Notes: generated by a model not told the origin, from the letters alone. Shown: positions 1 to 11,040, numbered from the stretch's first letter. The stretch: 64,000 bases of DNA from Trypanosoma brucei (GCA_000002445.1 CP000066.1:96001-160000); one strand, 5' to 3'. Translations and numbers: made by a program.

Positions 1-632
1 AGGGGCTTTGTGTGAGATACGCGACGAAACTAACCGATACAGCAGACGACTTTCATTCCTTACATTTCGTACAAAAAATGGAGGAAGCAGCAAAGAAACT
101 CCAACAACGGCAAGCAGCGCTAGACACGGTCCGAACAGCCCACAGAGCAGTAGGAGCAGAGCTCGCAGCGGCGTGGCTTTTGGCAAAGGAACAACAAGTT
201 AAAGAGCAGCAGAGCCAAGTAGCGGCTTCATCACCATCACACCCCAGCAAACCAGCAACGGAGGCAGTGGAAGTGCAGAAAAAAGAATGCGAAGCAATTG
301 AAAAAGATACCGATTGCGACTCCAAGCCTTATTGTACTTACCAAAAAGACAGCGCCGACGATAAGAAGTGCAAATTTAATGCTACCAAAGCTGAAAAAAG
401 TGGTGTCCCTGTAACACCAACTCAAACTGGAGGAACCGAAAATGGAAAAACTGACTCAGATAGGTGCACAAAACACACTAAAAAAGAAGAATGCGAGGCA
501 GAAAACAAAAATGTCAAAGCAGGTGAGAAAGCAGTTTGTGGTTGGATTGAAGAAAAATGTAAAGATTCAAGTTTTGATTTGAATAAGAAATTCACTCTTA
601 TGGTTTCTGCATTTGTGGCCTTGCTTTTTTAA
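1..632 (+). CDS. Variant surface glycoprotein (VSG), C-terminal part, truncated by the window edge
   Basis: ORF 12..632 ends in the canonical VSG C-terminal motif CKDSSFDLNKKFTLMVSAFVALLF (GPI-anchor signal). It has the Cys-rich CTD pattern (CTYQKD, CKFN) and is followed by the AT-rich VSG 3' flank carrying a 16-mer-like element. Confidence 0.8.
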   Translation, partial: GLCVRYATKLTDTADDFHSLHFVQKMEEAAKKLQQRQAALDTVRTAHRAVGAELAAAWLLAKEQQVKEQQSQVAASSPSHPSKPATEAVEVQKKECEAIEKDTDCDSKPYCTYQKDSADDKKCKFNATKAEKSGVPVTPTQTGGTENGKTDSDRCTKHTKKEECEAENKNVKAGEKAVCGWIEEKCKDSSFDLNKKFTLMVSAFVALLF

Positions 633-673
633 TCCTCTCCCCCACCCCTCTTTTTTAACAAAAATTTGCTATT

Positions 674-689
674 TGATATATTTTAATAC
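674..689 (+). promoter_or_regulatory. VSG 3'UTR conserved 16-mer-like element (tgatatattttaatac)
   Basis: Closely matches the conserved TGATATATTTTAACAC motif known in VSG 3'UTRs. It lies about 40 nt after the VSG stop codon. Confidence 0.6.
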
Positions 690-1028
690 CTTTAAATTCC
701 CCGAAAATAGTGTGATTTGTAAAACTGTGATTGTGTTAATTTTTCTAATGGGCTCAAAAAATTTTCCACTACTTTTCTTTGAATTTTTATGGTTAGGTAT
801 TTTTAATGTTTTTAGATTTTTTTCGTTATTTCCCAATTTTTGACCATTTCTCCTCGAGCTATTAGTTTTAATTTTTTTATAGTTCTTTTTTAACTTCTAA
901 AAACTTTCAAGTTTTTTTTGAAATTATTTATTTTTCAATGGGGTTCTTAAATTTTTTCAAAAGTTAATTGATTTTTCGGTAATTTTTCTTTGAATTGTTT
1001 TTTCCAGCGATCCAACAAGGTGGGCGGA

Positions 1029-1134
1029 TGGTTAGGGTTAGGGTTAGGTAGCCCATGGAGGGTTATCCAGGTTCTGGTTCTGGATAAGATCAGGATTAGA
1101 GTTATTCGGGTTAGAGTTAGGGTTCTAATTTTCC
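1029..1134 (+). repeat. Degenerate interstitial telomere repeat tract (TTAGGG)n, G-strand on the plus strand
   Basis: ggttagggttagggttagg, then degenerate units (ggttctggttctgg, ggattagagtta, gggttagagttagggttctaa). The minus-strand ORF 947..1168 reading PNPNPN is an artefact of this tract. Confidence 0.8.
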
Positions 1135-1439
1135 TTTCAAGTATTTTACTAGCAGTGATTCGTCCCAACTTTAGCTTTTTTGTTCTTAGTGATGCAGCGG
1201 CTCTCCTTTGAGGTGACTCCTAACCCTTATTCACGCTGCAGAGGTCCGTGCTTTAATTTTTAATTTTAATATCAGCCGCAATTTACATTTTCGCTCTTGT
1301 TGCTTTTGCGAGTTTCAGCTCTGCATTTCGTGCTGCGCGCGGCTTCAAAATTTTTTGCTTTGAAAGACACTGGCACGCGGCAGTTTCGCTGAGCAAAACG
1401 ATTTGCTTTTCAACAGGCGCTAACAAAAAAATCTTAATA

Positions 1440-1985
1440 TTTGGAAGTTGCAGAATATGGAGTTCGGCAGCTAAAGCCAGCCGACACAGTAGCCTCGAAA
1501 GCTTGTAGAGCGGCACAGCAACCCCAGCCAAAGCAAGTGGAGGCGGCGAGCAGTTAACTGCAGCGTCAGCATGGCAAAGCACGCATAACGCCATGCCACA
1601 ACAGATCCGGCGGCAGCCCTCAAAAGATCTTAATGCAGGGCCCAATAATCACGACGGGAAAAAATTCACAGGAAAAACGAAGAAACGAGCCAACAGTAGA
1701 GAAACAGAATAAATGCAAACTAAAAGACACAACTACAGAGGAATGACCCGAAGCTGACCGCGACTATGATGCCACCAAAAAGAAATGCAAACCTAAACAA
1801 GGAACAGAAACCCCAGCAACAGGAACAGGAGAGACAAGCACTGTGGTAGATTAAAATAAACACCGATCCCAGAAAGCATGTGAGGCAAAAAACAAGGATG
1901 TCAAACAGAGTGAGAAAGCAGTCTGTAAATGGATTAATTTTGTTGATGGTACTGGAAAGCTTCCCAAACACGAGTGCCGCTCCTC
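1440..1985 (+). pseudogene. VSG 3' fragment (hinge and C-terminal domain) pseudogene
   Basis: The plus frame has VSG CTD-like Cys/Lys-rich sequence (KKKCKPKQGTETPATGTGETS...CEAKNKDVKQSEKAVCKWI...CRSSSFLDN). It is interrupted by stop codons and has no N-terminal domain or start. Confidence 0.45.
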
Positions 1986-2214
1986 CAGTTTCCTCGACAA
2001 TTAAAAATTTTCTCTGAGTATGGCTACTTTAATGAGTTAGGTAATATTTTAAATTTTAAAAAATATTGCTAACTTTTAAGAGAAAATGAAAAATTTAGGA
2101 AAATATTTATGATAATGGTCTATGGGTGTAAAGCAGTTGAGTGATGGGGTATGAAAAATTAGTGCAATTTTGAAATTTTCTAATTCGGTTTATTTTGTTT
2201 ATTTTATGGATATT

Positions 2215-2300
2215 AGTTAGTGTTATAAAATAATAATAATAATAGGAGTGTACTGTAAGTGTGTGTATACGAATATCATTCATGGTGGTGAAGAATACTA
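2215..2300 (+). repeat. VSG-associated 70-bp repeat
   Basis: taataataataatagg agtgt...gtgtgtatacgaatat matches the 70-bp repeat consensus. That consensus is a (TAA)n run followed by GAGTGTTG...GTGTATATACGAATATTATAATAAG. Confidence 0.7.
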
Positions 2301-2750
2301 AATAGACGGAAAAACAAAAGAAATAAAATAAAGGAGAAGGATTTAGTGTGAACATGAAGATAATTAGAGAGGAAACGAAGAATATAATTGAAGAAAAGGC
2401 AGAAAGAGAGGTACAAGAGTTCAATTCGAATATTTTCAGATTTAAATACAGTTATGACAAAAAGCATTATCATGCATGGGAATATTATGGAAGACAAATG
2501 ATGGTAAGATGAATTACACTAGACAAAGCACTAAATTTCTTCGTCATCTGTAGAAATAAGATCAATATAAGCATAATATTCATGTTTTAGATTTAGATAC
2601 AAAGCTGTATGTTTTGTGATTGAATTTTTAAACTTCTCGAAAATAAAAATATACGTTGTGATGAGACTTACTATATTCTTAACCTTTCTACCTTTTTTGT
2701 TAAAACGCTGTCAAATTGTAAAAGTGTGTTAGTGCATGATATTTTAAACC

Positions 2751-3770
2751 ATGAGACCTTTACTATTACTGTTGCTATCACATTTAGTGTGTGTAAGCGC
2801 TATAGCCCTTCAATATATTGGTGTAAATAACATAACAAATATGACGGAGAATAAAATTAAGAAACCGAGGGTATTTGTGGTTGTCGTTCAAACTCATGCA
2901 ACACAAGGATGGTGTAGGCTCATAGTAAGTGCGAAACTAAGCCATATTGAAATTATTAGAACTGCGATTGGAAGTTTGTATAAGCATGTTAAAAGGCCTA
3001 AATGGGTTATGTAATTTTTAGAGATACAGAATGCAAGTGATGAGGATCTTATAATTCATTCAGACGGATCGGATGTTATTGTTTCTGAACAAGAGAAGTA
3101 TGAGAATGCAGTAGAGTATTTTATGCAGAATGCCGCTGCAATGGAAAATAAGTTTAGTGAAGATGAAATAGTGAAAGGAAATCAAATATCTCCGATTCAG
3201 TTTATAACAACTGCTGATTGTACTGCACCTCAGTTGGACTTTATAGTTTTTTCGGATCACAAAGAACATACAGAACGCTGTCGATGGTTTTTTCAGATGG
3301 CAAGCAAGACGGAAGAAGAGAAAGGCCTACCACCTCTACTAAATTTTCCCGACACTGGAAAACCATACCTCGGGGGTGGTAATTTAATAGCAAGAGTGTG
3401 GGCATTTAAGAGGTTTAAAGCCGCCTTCGATGAAGTGCTTGCAGTGGCTGATGAATGGTGGTCAGAGCAAAGTATTTATATTCCCTTGTTGTTGTGGAGT
3501 GTGAAACGAGAAAAAAAAGTAAGCAGTAGATTCGTTTTGCCAAGAGGTCTGATAGGGTTAGATTACGAGGAGCGGTTTTTCTCAGTACCTTACGAAACTT
3601 ACCTCGGAAAAGCTGCGTTCCTTCACTTTCCTGGCCATGCGCTAGCATGGGAGGCGAAGGCCAGAAAGATTATAGCAAACCTTACTTGGTATAAAGAGTG
3701 GCAAGGAAAGAAATGTAGCACGACAGATTTGGGTGAAATTCAAGCTTACGCAGTATCTGGAGAAAATTAG
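2751..3770 (+). pseudogene. ESAG3-like secreted protein pseudogene (tentative), frameshifted
   Basis: ORF 2751..3014 begins with a clear signal peptide (MRPLLLLLLSHLVCVSA). A second frame, ORF 3123..3770, continues the coding sequence, so there is a frameshift. Combined length is about 340 codons, which fits ESAG3-family pseudogenes known to be scattered through VSG arrays. The family assignment is not confirmed. Confidence 0.35.
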
Positions 3771-4000
3771 ATTTTATGTATGAAACAATTTGTGTTGAAA
3801 AGCTTAAGGATGATGATTTGTTTAGAGCTAATAAATTGTAGTTAAAGTTACTTTGCAAAGGCCAGGTATCGCTAAAAAGCGGCAGAACAACATTGAAATG
3901 CACACTGAAACTGACCGCAAAGCACTTTTCTAGAAGCACGACCAGCAATCCAACTGTCAAACCGCCTTGATAGTACCCTTCTCAAATACCATAGTAACCA

Positions 4001-5380
4001 ATGAAATCAGCATTAGTAACGTGGATACTACTCGTTTTAGCACATTCCTTGCAGACAGTCGAAAAGGCAAAAGCAACAGCCGGTGACACACACGCAGACT
4101 TCCTTTCTTTATGCCACGTCTACCAAGCAGCACTGGTCATGGCAGCCGTACAACCAAAGATGCCAGCCATCGGGACAACCCTTACCGACCTGGAAAATTA
4201 TAATATGACGGCCGCGGCCCCGGAATGGCAAACGATCTTCGACAAAACTGGAAGCGACGCCGGGTGGGAGGGTTATATCAAAAGAAACAGCGGAGTAGAA
4301 AGCAAGTACAACTGGGCCGAACAGTGGCCGGCATGGGAGAATGCAAGAAAACAGACAAAAAATCCTAACGCGGGCTGGCCCAAACAAAACCCGCGTGCAA
4401 CCAAGATCAAGGAGCTGCAAGCGCTCAGAGGCTTCGTCAACGAAACGGCCAACTACGCAAAACAACTCGCGTCGATAGCAACATCTCCACCGGCAACAGA
4501 TAATAAGCCAATAACAGCAGCAATAAAGGAGCTCGTCCAAGAAGCACTTTGTGGCCCGGTAGCAGCACAAAAGGACGGCGAAGTGGACTGCAATGAGCCA
4601 GGCGTGAGCAAAAATAAAGAAACCGTTTGCTCAACAGCAAACTCCGGCAAAGGAATTCTAACAGATTTGGTGTGCCTCTGCTTCGCACAAACTGGCGACC
4701 AATGCACCGGAACGGCAGTCACCGGCTTCCCAGCGGTTACAACAAACTTCAAAGCCGACACACTAGGCGCCGCCAAATCTGAGTGCGGCCCAATAGACAA
4801 CAAAATGGATCCAGCAACAGCACTCACGGCAGCATTAGGTGCATTCAGCGCCAGACTAGGAAACAGTAAAACTGACGGCACTCACAAGATGGTATTAGGG
4901 CCGACACTAAACACGGACTGCACTAAGACGAACAGCAACTGCGTAGACTACACGCAGAGGATCAACGGCAATAACAAAGGGGTAACTGCAATCGAATGGT
5001 ACCAGAAACTGCAAGAAGCGCTCAAGCTCCACGCGGATCTGCGTAAAAAGGAATCAGCGGCAGAAAATGCAGCGCTAAAGCTACTCGGCCTGAAAGCGGC
5101 ATTGGAACGAGAGCTAGAAAGACCACTTCCAGTGGCAGTAGCAACGGCCACATCAAAAGACGCGGAGCAACAAAACAAAAAAATTACCGAAACGGACTGC
5201 ACCAACCTCAAAACCAACGCAACCTGCACAGCAAATAACTGCAAATGGGATAGCACTACAGAGGTTAAAGGAGAACACTGCAAACCTAAAGATGGAGAAG
5301 CACAGAAAACCCAAGGAACAGGAACCGGAACTGCAGGAGCAACAACAGATAAGTGCGGTGCGACCGAAAACTGTGAGTAA
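4001..5380 (+). CDS. VSG (459 aa) whose stop codon separates the CTD from a downstream GPI-signal remnant, so probably a pseudogene or mosaic donor
   Basis: It has an N-terminal signal peptide (MKSALVTWILLVLAHS), a Cys-containing NTD and a CTD (CTNLKTNATCTANNCKWD...CKPKDGEAQK). A TAA stop at 5378-5380 is followed in frame by ...KFKDSSFLFNKKLALMGPAFMSL, which is GPI-signal-like. Confidence 0.8.
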   Translation: MKSALVTWILLVLAHSLQTVEKAKATAGDTHADFLSLCHVYQAALVMAAVQPKMPAIGTTLTDLENYNMTAAAPEWQTIFDKTGSDAGWEGYIKRNSGVESKYNWAEQWPAWENARKQTKNPNAGWPKQNPRATKIKELQALRGFVNETANYAKQLASIATSPPATDNKPITAAIKELVQEALCGPVAAQKDGEVDCNEPGVSKNKETVCSTANSGKGILTDLVCLCFAQTGDQCTGTAVTGFPAVTTNFKADTLGAAKSECGPIDNKMDPATALTAALGAFSARLGNSKTDGTHKMVLGPTLNTDCTKTNSNCVDYTQRINGNNKGVTAIEWYQKLQEALKLHADLRKKESAAENAALKLLGLKAALERELERPLPVAVATATSKDAEQQNKKITETDCTNLKTNATCTANNCKWDSTTEVKGEHCKPKDGEAQKTQGTGTGTAGATTDKCGATENCE

Positions 5381-5611
5381 TGCGCTGCAGTGACAGGCAC
5401 CCCTCCTCCAGGCAAGACGAAAGTTTGTGGGAGGATCGAAGACAAGTTCAAGGATTCCAGTTTTCTCTTCAATAAGAAATTGGCTCTGATGGGTCCTGCT
5501 TTTATGAGTTTGGTAAAATTTTATACTTCCAGGATTTTAAAAGACTTTTGTTTAATTTTATGAAATTCATGAAATCTGATATTTTGAGAAGAATGATATT
5601 TTTAAAAAATT

Positions 5612-5627
5612 CAATATATTTTAACAC
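5612..5627 (+). promoter_or_regulatory. VSG 3'UTR 16-mer-like element (caatatattttaacac)
   Basis: Matches the TGATATATTTTAACAC consensus apart from its first two bases (ca for TG). It sits about 230 nt downstream of the VSG stop. Confidence 0.55.
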
Positions 5628-5774
5628 TTCTCGATAAAAATGTGATAACTGTCGAGGTTTGTTAATGTACATGATTATGGCATATTGGTATAAAGTCTTT
5701 GTGTGATAGGAAACGGAAAATAAGTGATATTCTGAAACCGTTCTAATTTTGTTTGTTTGTTTATAAATATCAGG

Positions 5775-5875
5775 AGTAAGTTGAAGCTATAATAATAATG
5801 ATGATAGTAATGATAGTAATAGGAGAGTGTTGCAAGTGAGTGTATATACGAATATTATAATAAGAGTAGTGGTGG
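5775..5875 (+). repeat. 70-bp repeat
   Basis: ataataataatgatgatagtaatgatagtaataggagagtgttgcaagtgagtgtatatacgaatattataataagag. Confidence 0.75.
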
Positions 5876-6563
5876 CTACTGTACGAAAGGCAAAATAGAA
5901 GTATTTGAAACGACAGCGGAGGTTAAATGACGGTATTTAAGCGAGCGGTAGGGAGAGTAGGAGGAATATAATCAGTGAAAACACAGAAAGGGAAAAATGG
6001 AAGGAGATGTAACATGTTCAATTTCAAAAACAAGTATGACAATGAGCTTCATCATACACTTAGATAATAATGGAGAAGATAGTGAAAAGAAAAAATTTCA
6101 GTGGAGAGGCCAAAAGAAGTCAAAAATCATCAACAGAAGAGGTAATAAAAGATGAAAGAGAATGAAAGATCATATTTAATACGGAGACAAAGTCGGAGCA
6201 CACCACAGAATAAAATATAGGAAAAAGAATTTGCGCTCCAAAACCAGCACAGATATGGATAGACGCTTAAGTGCAGATGGTAGCAACTGTGATTTTTTAA
6301 TGTGGTTGCAGTTCTTAATTTTAAGCGGAAAGGTTGTGGCGTGGTTTTCACCTCCACGCCATGTTATTTTTGGTAAAATGTAGAAAATGATAACGGCAAT
6401 TTGCAAAATGGGGGTGCGTTTAGGTCTGAATTTGTAAAAAAAATATGAAGCTGAAATACAAAAACAGAATAAGACAACAGTTAGAGCAAATTAGAAACAA
6501 AATCAAACCTCCCCTCATCACACCTCGTTTAAAGCTGGAAACCGTAGACCCTTTTACTCAAAC

Positions 6564-8150
6564 ATGGCAGCAGTAAACGAACAACACCGCAACGTGGTAA
6601 GATTCTTACCGGCCCTCATGATATTATTGGCGATGCCGACGGCATTACAAGGAACTAGTCCAGCACACAGCGCGGCAAAAGCTGTCACCGACATTTGCTC
6701 AGAGGTCCAATACATTCTTAACATTGTGGCGGCGTTAGAAAATAGGGTAACAGCAGCAGAAGAAAACCTAAAAAAAAACTAACTGACGACAAACAGATGC
6801 TTTCGCTGGCGACAGCGGCAAGCTGGCCAGGGCCCAAATACGCAGCGTATGCTGCATTAACGGCACTGGCGACAGGCCGGACGCTAACGGCTGCCACTGC
6901 GCTGCAAACGAAGGGGCAGCAGCTGAGAAACGCAGCAGAAGCAATCCGCAAAAGGGCCCACCAACTGCAGGTGTTACAGGCAGTAAACCCAGAAGCGGAA
7001 CCCGTATAGACGGTCACTGGCGGCGGATCAACAAGCGCGGCTGGGACGTTCGGCATGGCAACCCAAGTGTGTACGTTAACGACGCCAGCCGAAATCGGCG
7101 ATAACAGCGCCTGCGCGGCAGAGCTGGCAAACAAGCAGGACCTCGCAAATGCCGCGGCAGAAATCGAAAGCGAAATAGCAATCAAAGTAACAAAGGATTT
7201 AATGTTCGGCCGCCGAGGCCAAACGCTCAAAGCAGAAGCAAAAGGCCAACCGGCAACAGCCACCGGGGCAAAAACAAACGATGGACACTGCGGAACGTCG
7301 GGCTCTGCAAGCGCCAGTGCAAGCCACGGACTCAACGCCGTACTGAGATTCACCACAGCAACGGACACCAACCTGGAAGACCAAGACATCAAACGCCAAC
7401 CAACCTCAGGGGACGGCTGCGGCGAGGAGCCGGCCGACAATAAACTGCTGACCGTGAGCAAGGACCGCCTCGCTTATACGATCTATAAAGCACGGGGCAT
7501 CAAGATCCAATCATCAAAACAAGTCACTAAAGAAACGATTGCAAGTCTAAGCAAAGACCCTCAAATGCAAAGAATCGCGGCAATTTTACTGGCACAAAAA
7601 GCTGTAGACAAAGAAGTGGACATAACGGAAGCCAACACACTCGCCATTCTAAAGCAAGCGTATGGCCGCAGCGAAGACTCCCTAGAACAGAACTTTGTAA
7701 AACCCCTAAGCGAAGGAAGCACCACAATAAAAATAGGGAGCCAAGAGGCCACAGGGCCGATTTCCGAACTCTCCAAAAAAAAAAGCTTTGCACACACTCT
7801 GGCCTTCTTTACTGCAAGAATTCATAGACGCCATGCCACAGCAGAAAACAAGCAACAGCAGCTACCACCAGGGGTGACAGACGTTTGCAAAGGTGAAGCC
7901 GAGAAAGAGAAGTGCAACAACACCACAGGGTGAAAATATAATGATAAAGAAAGCAAATGCGAAAAAGATTCTGCACATGCTGCAACAGCACCCGACGCAA
8001 CTTCAAAGTGTTCCGAAAAAAAAAGCAAGGAGACTGCAAAGATGGATGCAAATGGGATGGAAGAACTTGCAAGGATTTCAGTTTTCTCATCAATAAGAAA
8101 TATACTGACTACTGCGGCTTATATGAGGTTGCTATTTTTGAAAAGTTTTT
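6564..8150 (+). pseudogene. VSG pseudogene with frameshifts
   Basis: Consecutive plus ORFs 6564..6782, 6797..7009, 7055..7933 and 7957.. lie in different frames. Together they read as signal peptide, NTD and CTD, ending with CKDFSFLINKKY (GPI-signal-like) and no proper stop. Confidence 0.75.
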
Positions 8151-8227
8151 GAGAATTCGGAGGTTTTTTTTGCTCAATTTTATAGAATTTTATGAAAATT
8201 TGATATTTCAAGATAATATGCTAACAC

Positions 8228-8246
8228 GTGATATGTTTTAATACTT
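8228..8246 (+). promoter_or_regulatory. VSG 3'UTR 16-mer-like element (gtgatatgttttaatac)
   Basis: Motif similarity to the conserved VSG 3'UTR element. Confidence 0.5.
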
Positions 8247-8334
8247 TTTGATAAAACTGTACAAATAAGTAAACAACTAAAGAATATGCACTACGTGCGT
8301 ATATTAGTAGAGTTAGAAAATTAATAATAATGGT

Positions 8335-8475
8335 AAGAGCAGCATAAATTATTATTACGATGATAATGATAATAATAATAATAATAGAAATAATAATAAT
8401 AATAGAAATAATAGTGATGATAGGAAAGTGTTTTGAGAGTGAATATACTAATATTATAATAAAAGTTGTGAAGAC
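8335..8475 (+). repeat. 70-bp repeats (about two units)
   Basis: (ata/taa)n runs, then ggaaagtgttttgagagtgaatatactaatattataataaaag. Confidence 0.75.
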
Positions 8476-9460
8476 CGAATGGACAGGAAAAAGGGAAGTG
8501 CTCACAACTTTTTTATGGGTTCTATGAAAGTAAGTGAGAGCGATGGGAAGTATAAGGGGAAGTAAGAGCAGGCATTAGTACTGTTATTATTTAAAAACTA
8601 CCGGACAGACGAACGCAAACAGTAGCTGTAATATACACACTTTCATGAATAAAGATGATTATGGGAATCAAACTATACATATGAGGGATACCTCTGTAAA
8701 GAAGGGATAGGGTGCATCGCACAGAGCAAATGGTCTTCCTCCGTAATATGCAGCAATATTAGCAGCAGATGCGATAGACCACCTTACAATGAAAAATAAG
8801 CAAGTTAAGAATAAGAAAGTGCTTATGAAAGAGTACAAAAGAGCTTTATGAGGTACAGAAAGTTTCAAGTGGCATTGTGAATACCCCTACTGGCTTAATT
8901 TCAAGAGCTTGAAACAATTCAAGGAACAAATAATTCACACAAGAATACACACTGAAGAGGCATTGGTGGATCGTATAAAGAAACTTCAATGCCAAAGTGT
9001 GAAATCATGAGCGTAATTGCGGAGCAATAGGCGCAATACAAAGACACTAATCTATGATAACAGTGCAAATGCACAAAAAGAGGCGTCCTGGCGAGACGTT
9101 GGAGTTACATCTTCAATGAGGATATATCAACACAACAGAAGTGAAAAAGCACTAGATGGCCACAACAAACATAAATGATAGGTGCTTCAGATACAGATGT
9201 ATAAAGTTTTTTTAAAATACCATTTTAGTAGGCAACCGCGATCGCAAATAAAAATAAACTTAAATTTTATAGATGTATGACAAGGGTAATTAGACTGTAA
9301 ATTCTAACTGGACTAACATTACCGCTTCAACTGGCTGACAAATTACATCTCGCTGTAACGCTCCGTTTTAAATACCAACCAGCTGCGCACGTATCGCTAA
9401 TCCAGCAACTTTCGAAACCCAGCATTGTCACCCTCAGACCCCCGCAGAAAGAAAACCACT

Positions 9461-10990
9461 ATGCACACAATTTTCCCGGCTGCGTTGCTAGCAGGTTACG
9501 TCGTAGCCTTCGTTGCCGCCGACGCCACCAACACGCTAGCTCATGACAGCACGCTTTGGTGCCACGACATACAGTACCTGGAAGCGATTCTAGCAGCGAT
9601 AGACAAAGAAATGAACAACCGGCAAAAGCAGCTACAAGTTGACGCTGAATTAATAGCCAAATGGAAGCTGGCTGAAGCAGCAGCGGAACAATGGCATGAA
9701 CGACGGAAGTACACGGCACTCTCGGTTGTAATAGCAACATTAGCAAGCAAAAACAGCGAAGCCGCAACTGAATACCTCAGCGCTGCAGCAGAAGCCAAAA
9801 AAGCAATAAACCGGCGCCTTGAGGCCTTGCAGCTAGTGGCTCGGACGACATCAGCTCTGAAGCAGACAGTAACAGGTGCGCCGCAAGCAGCATCAGCGAA
9901 CGCTGCGTGCCAGGGGTCAACCGAGTACGCGAGTGAAGCCGAATTCACATGCGCGCCACCAGAAGCAGGCGAACTAAAGACGGCAGAAGTGCAAACGAAG
10001 CTCCACACCGCGACGCACATCAAGCTTACCAGCTTTAAAGCGCTAAACGAATTGGTTGCGGCTCCAAAAATAACGATAACCGCCACGGCCGGTACAACAC
10101 CGTTTGCAAGCCCGGGACAAACGCCGGGAACTTGCCAAACCAGCGGCGGGCAGAACATCGCAGCAGGAACCAACCATGTCCAGTACGCGGTAAGCTCAGC
10201 AACTGTGCTGAAAACCCAGACGCCAGCGGCACAACCAATCGACTCTGACTCCGAAAGACCAGAGGAACCAACAGCCAAAAAGGCAACTGTAACCGCATGG
10301 CTGGACATCAAGTTTGTGACCGCAGCCTTGAAGAACCTGAAGACCGCCTATAACCAAAAACAGATAGACTTAAGCCAAGCGACTCATAGCACGCTAGCGG
10401 GGCTAGCTGGCTTCAAAACCGTCATAGCAAACCTGTTTGTCGGCGCCGAACCTCCTGCAAACAACCAAGAGACAGAATACAACAATAAAATAGCAGACAT
10501 AATCAAGCAAACCTATGGCCCCGAACCGGGGGACTTCAAAAGAAAATTTGTAACCGAACTAGCCAACCAAGACGTCAAGTACACCAAAGCAGGCAACGAA
10601 CAAGAGAAGAAACTTGGTGCTCTAAGTAAAGGTGCCGACTTATCTATTGCACTTAGTTTTATAATTAACAAGCGCCACGAATCTCAATTACAAAAAGCAG
10701 CAAAAGCTGTTTCGACAGTGCCCAAACAAAACTGCACAGGCAAAACAAAGGAAAAGTGCAAAGACGCCTGTGAGTGGAAAGGCACTGATGACAAAGGGGA
10801 GTGCAAACCTAAAGATGAAGAAGGACAGACAAACGCAGCGGGAACACAGGGCGCTGAAACAGAAGGCAAAGATGACAAAAACAACACAAACACCACAGGA
10901 AGCAATTCTTTTGTCATTCATAAGGCCCCTCTTTTGCTTGCAGTTTTTGTTTCGATAATTTATTTTCTAAAAATTTCTGCTCAATTTTAA
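9461..10990 (+). CDS. VSG, apparently intact (509 aa from MHTIFPAALLAG)
   Basis: It has a signal peptide, an uninterrupted about 1.5 kb ORF and a CTD with Cys pairs (CTGKTKEKCKDACEWKGTDDKGECKPKDEE). It ends in a hydrophobic GPI signal (SNSFVIHKAPLLLAVFVSIIYFLKISAQF). The start was chosen at the second Met (MHTIF) because the upstream MSPSDPRRKKTT is not signal-like. Confidence 0.85.
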   Translation: MHTIFPAALLAGYVVAFVAADATNTLAHDSTLWCHDIQYLEAILAAIDKEMNNRQKQLQVDAELIAKWKLAEAAAEQWHERRKYTALSVVIATLASKNSEAATEYLSAAAEAKKAINRRLEALQLVARTTSALKQTVTGAPQAASANAACQGSTEYASEAEFTCAPPEAGELKTAEVQTKLHTATHIKLTSFKALNELVAAPKITITATAGTTPFASPGQTPGTCQTSGGQNIAAGTNHVQYAVSSATVLKTQTPAAQPIDSDSERPEEPTAKKATVTAWLDIKFVTAALKNLKTAYNQKQIDLSQATHSTLAGLAGFKTVIANLFVGAEPPANNQETEYNNKIADIIKQTYGPEPGDFKRKFVTELANQDVKYTKAGNEQEKKLGALSKGADLSIALSFIINKRHESQLQKAAKAVSTVPKQNCTGKTKEKCKDACEWKGTDDKGECKPKDEEGQTNAAGTQGAETEGKDDKNNTNTTGSNSFVIHKAPLLLAVFVSIIYFLKISAQF

Positions 10991-11040
10991 GAAATAGTGA
11001 AATATGCGATTTTGAGAGATTTTACTAAATTACTAATATT

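Noticed and set aside
947-1168. 73-aa minus-strand ORF with PNPNPN repeats
   Set aside because: Translation artefact of the degenerate TTAGGG repeat tract.
1283-1645. 120-aa minus-strand ORF in a GC-rich segment next to telomere repeats
   Set aside because: It has no recognisable features. It more likely overlaps a decayed plus-strand VSG fragment.
4109-4881. Minus-strand ORFs (153, 142, 83 aa) inside VSG 4001..5380
   Set aside because: They are antisense to a well-supported VSG coding sequence. Such ORFs are typical of Ala/Thr-rich VSG codon composition.
6718-7461. 247-aa minus-strand ORF
   Set aside because: It lies entirely antisense to the VSG pseudogene 6564..8150. It has no signal or domain features, only Ala/Ser-rich low complexity.
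9541-10311. 256-aa minus-strand ORF
   Set aside because: Antisense to the intact VSG at 9461..10990.
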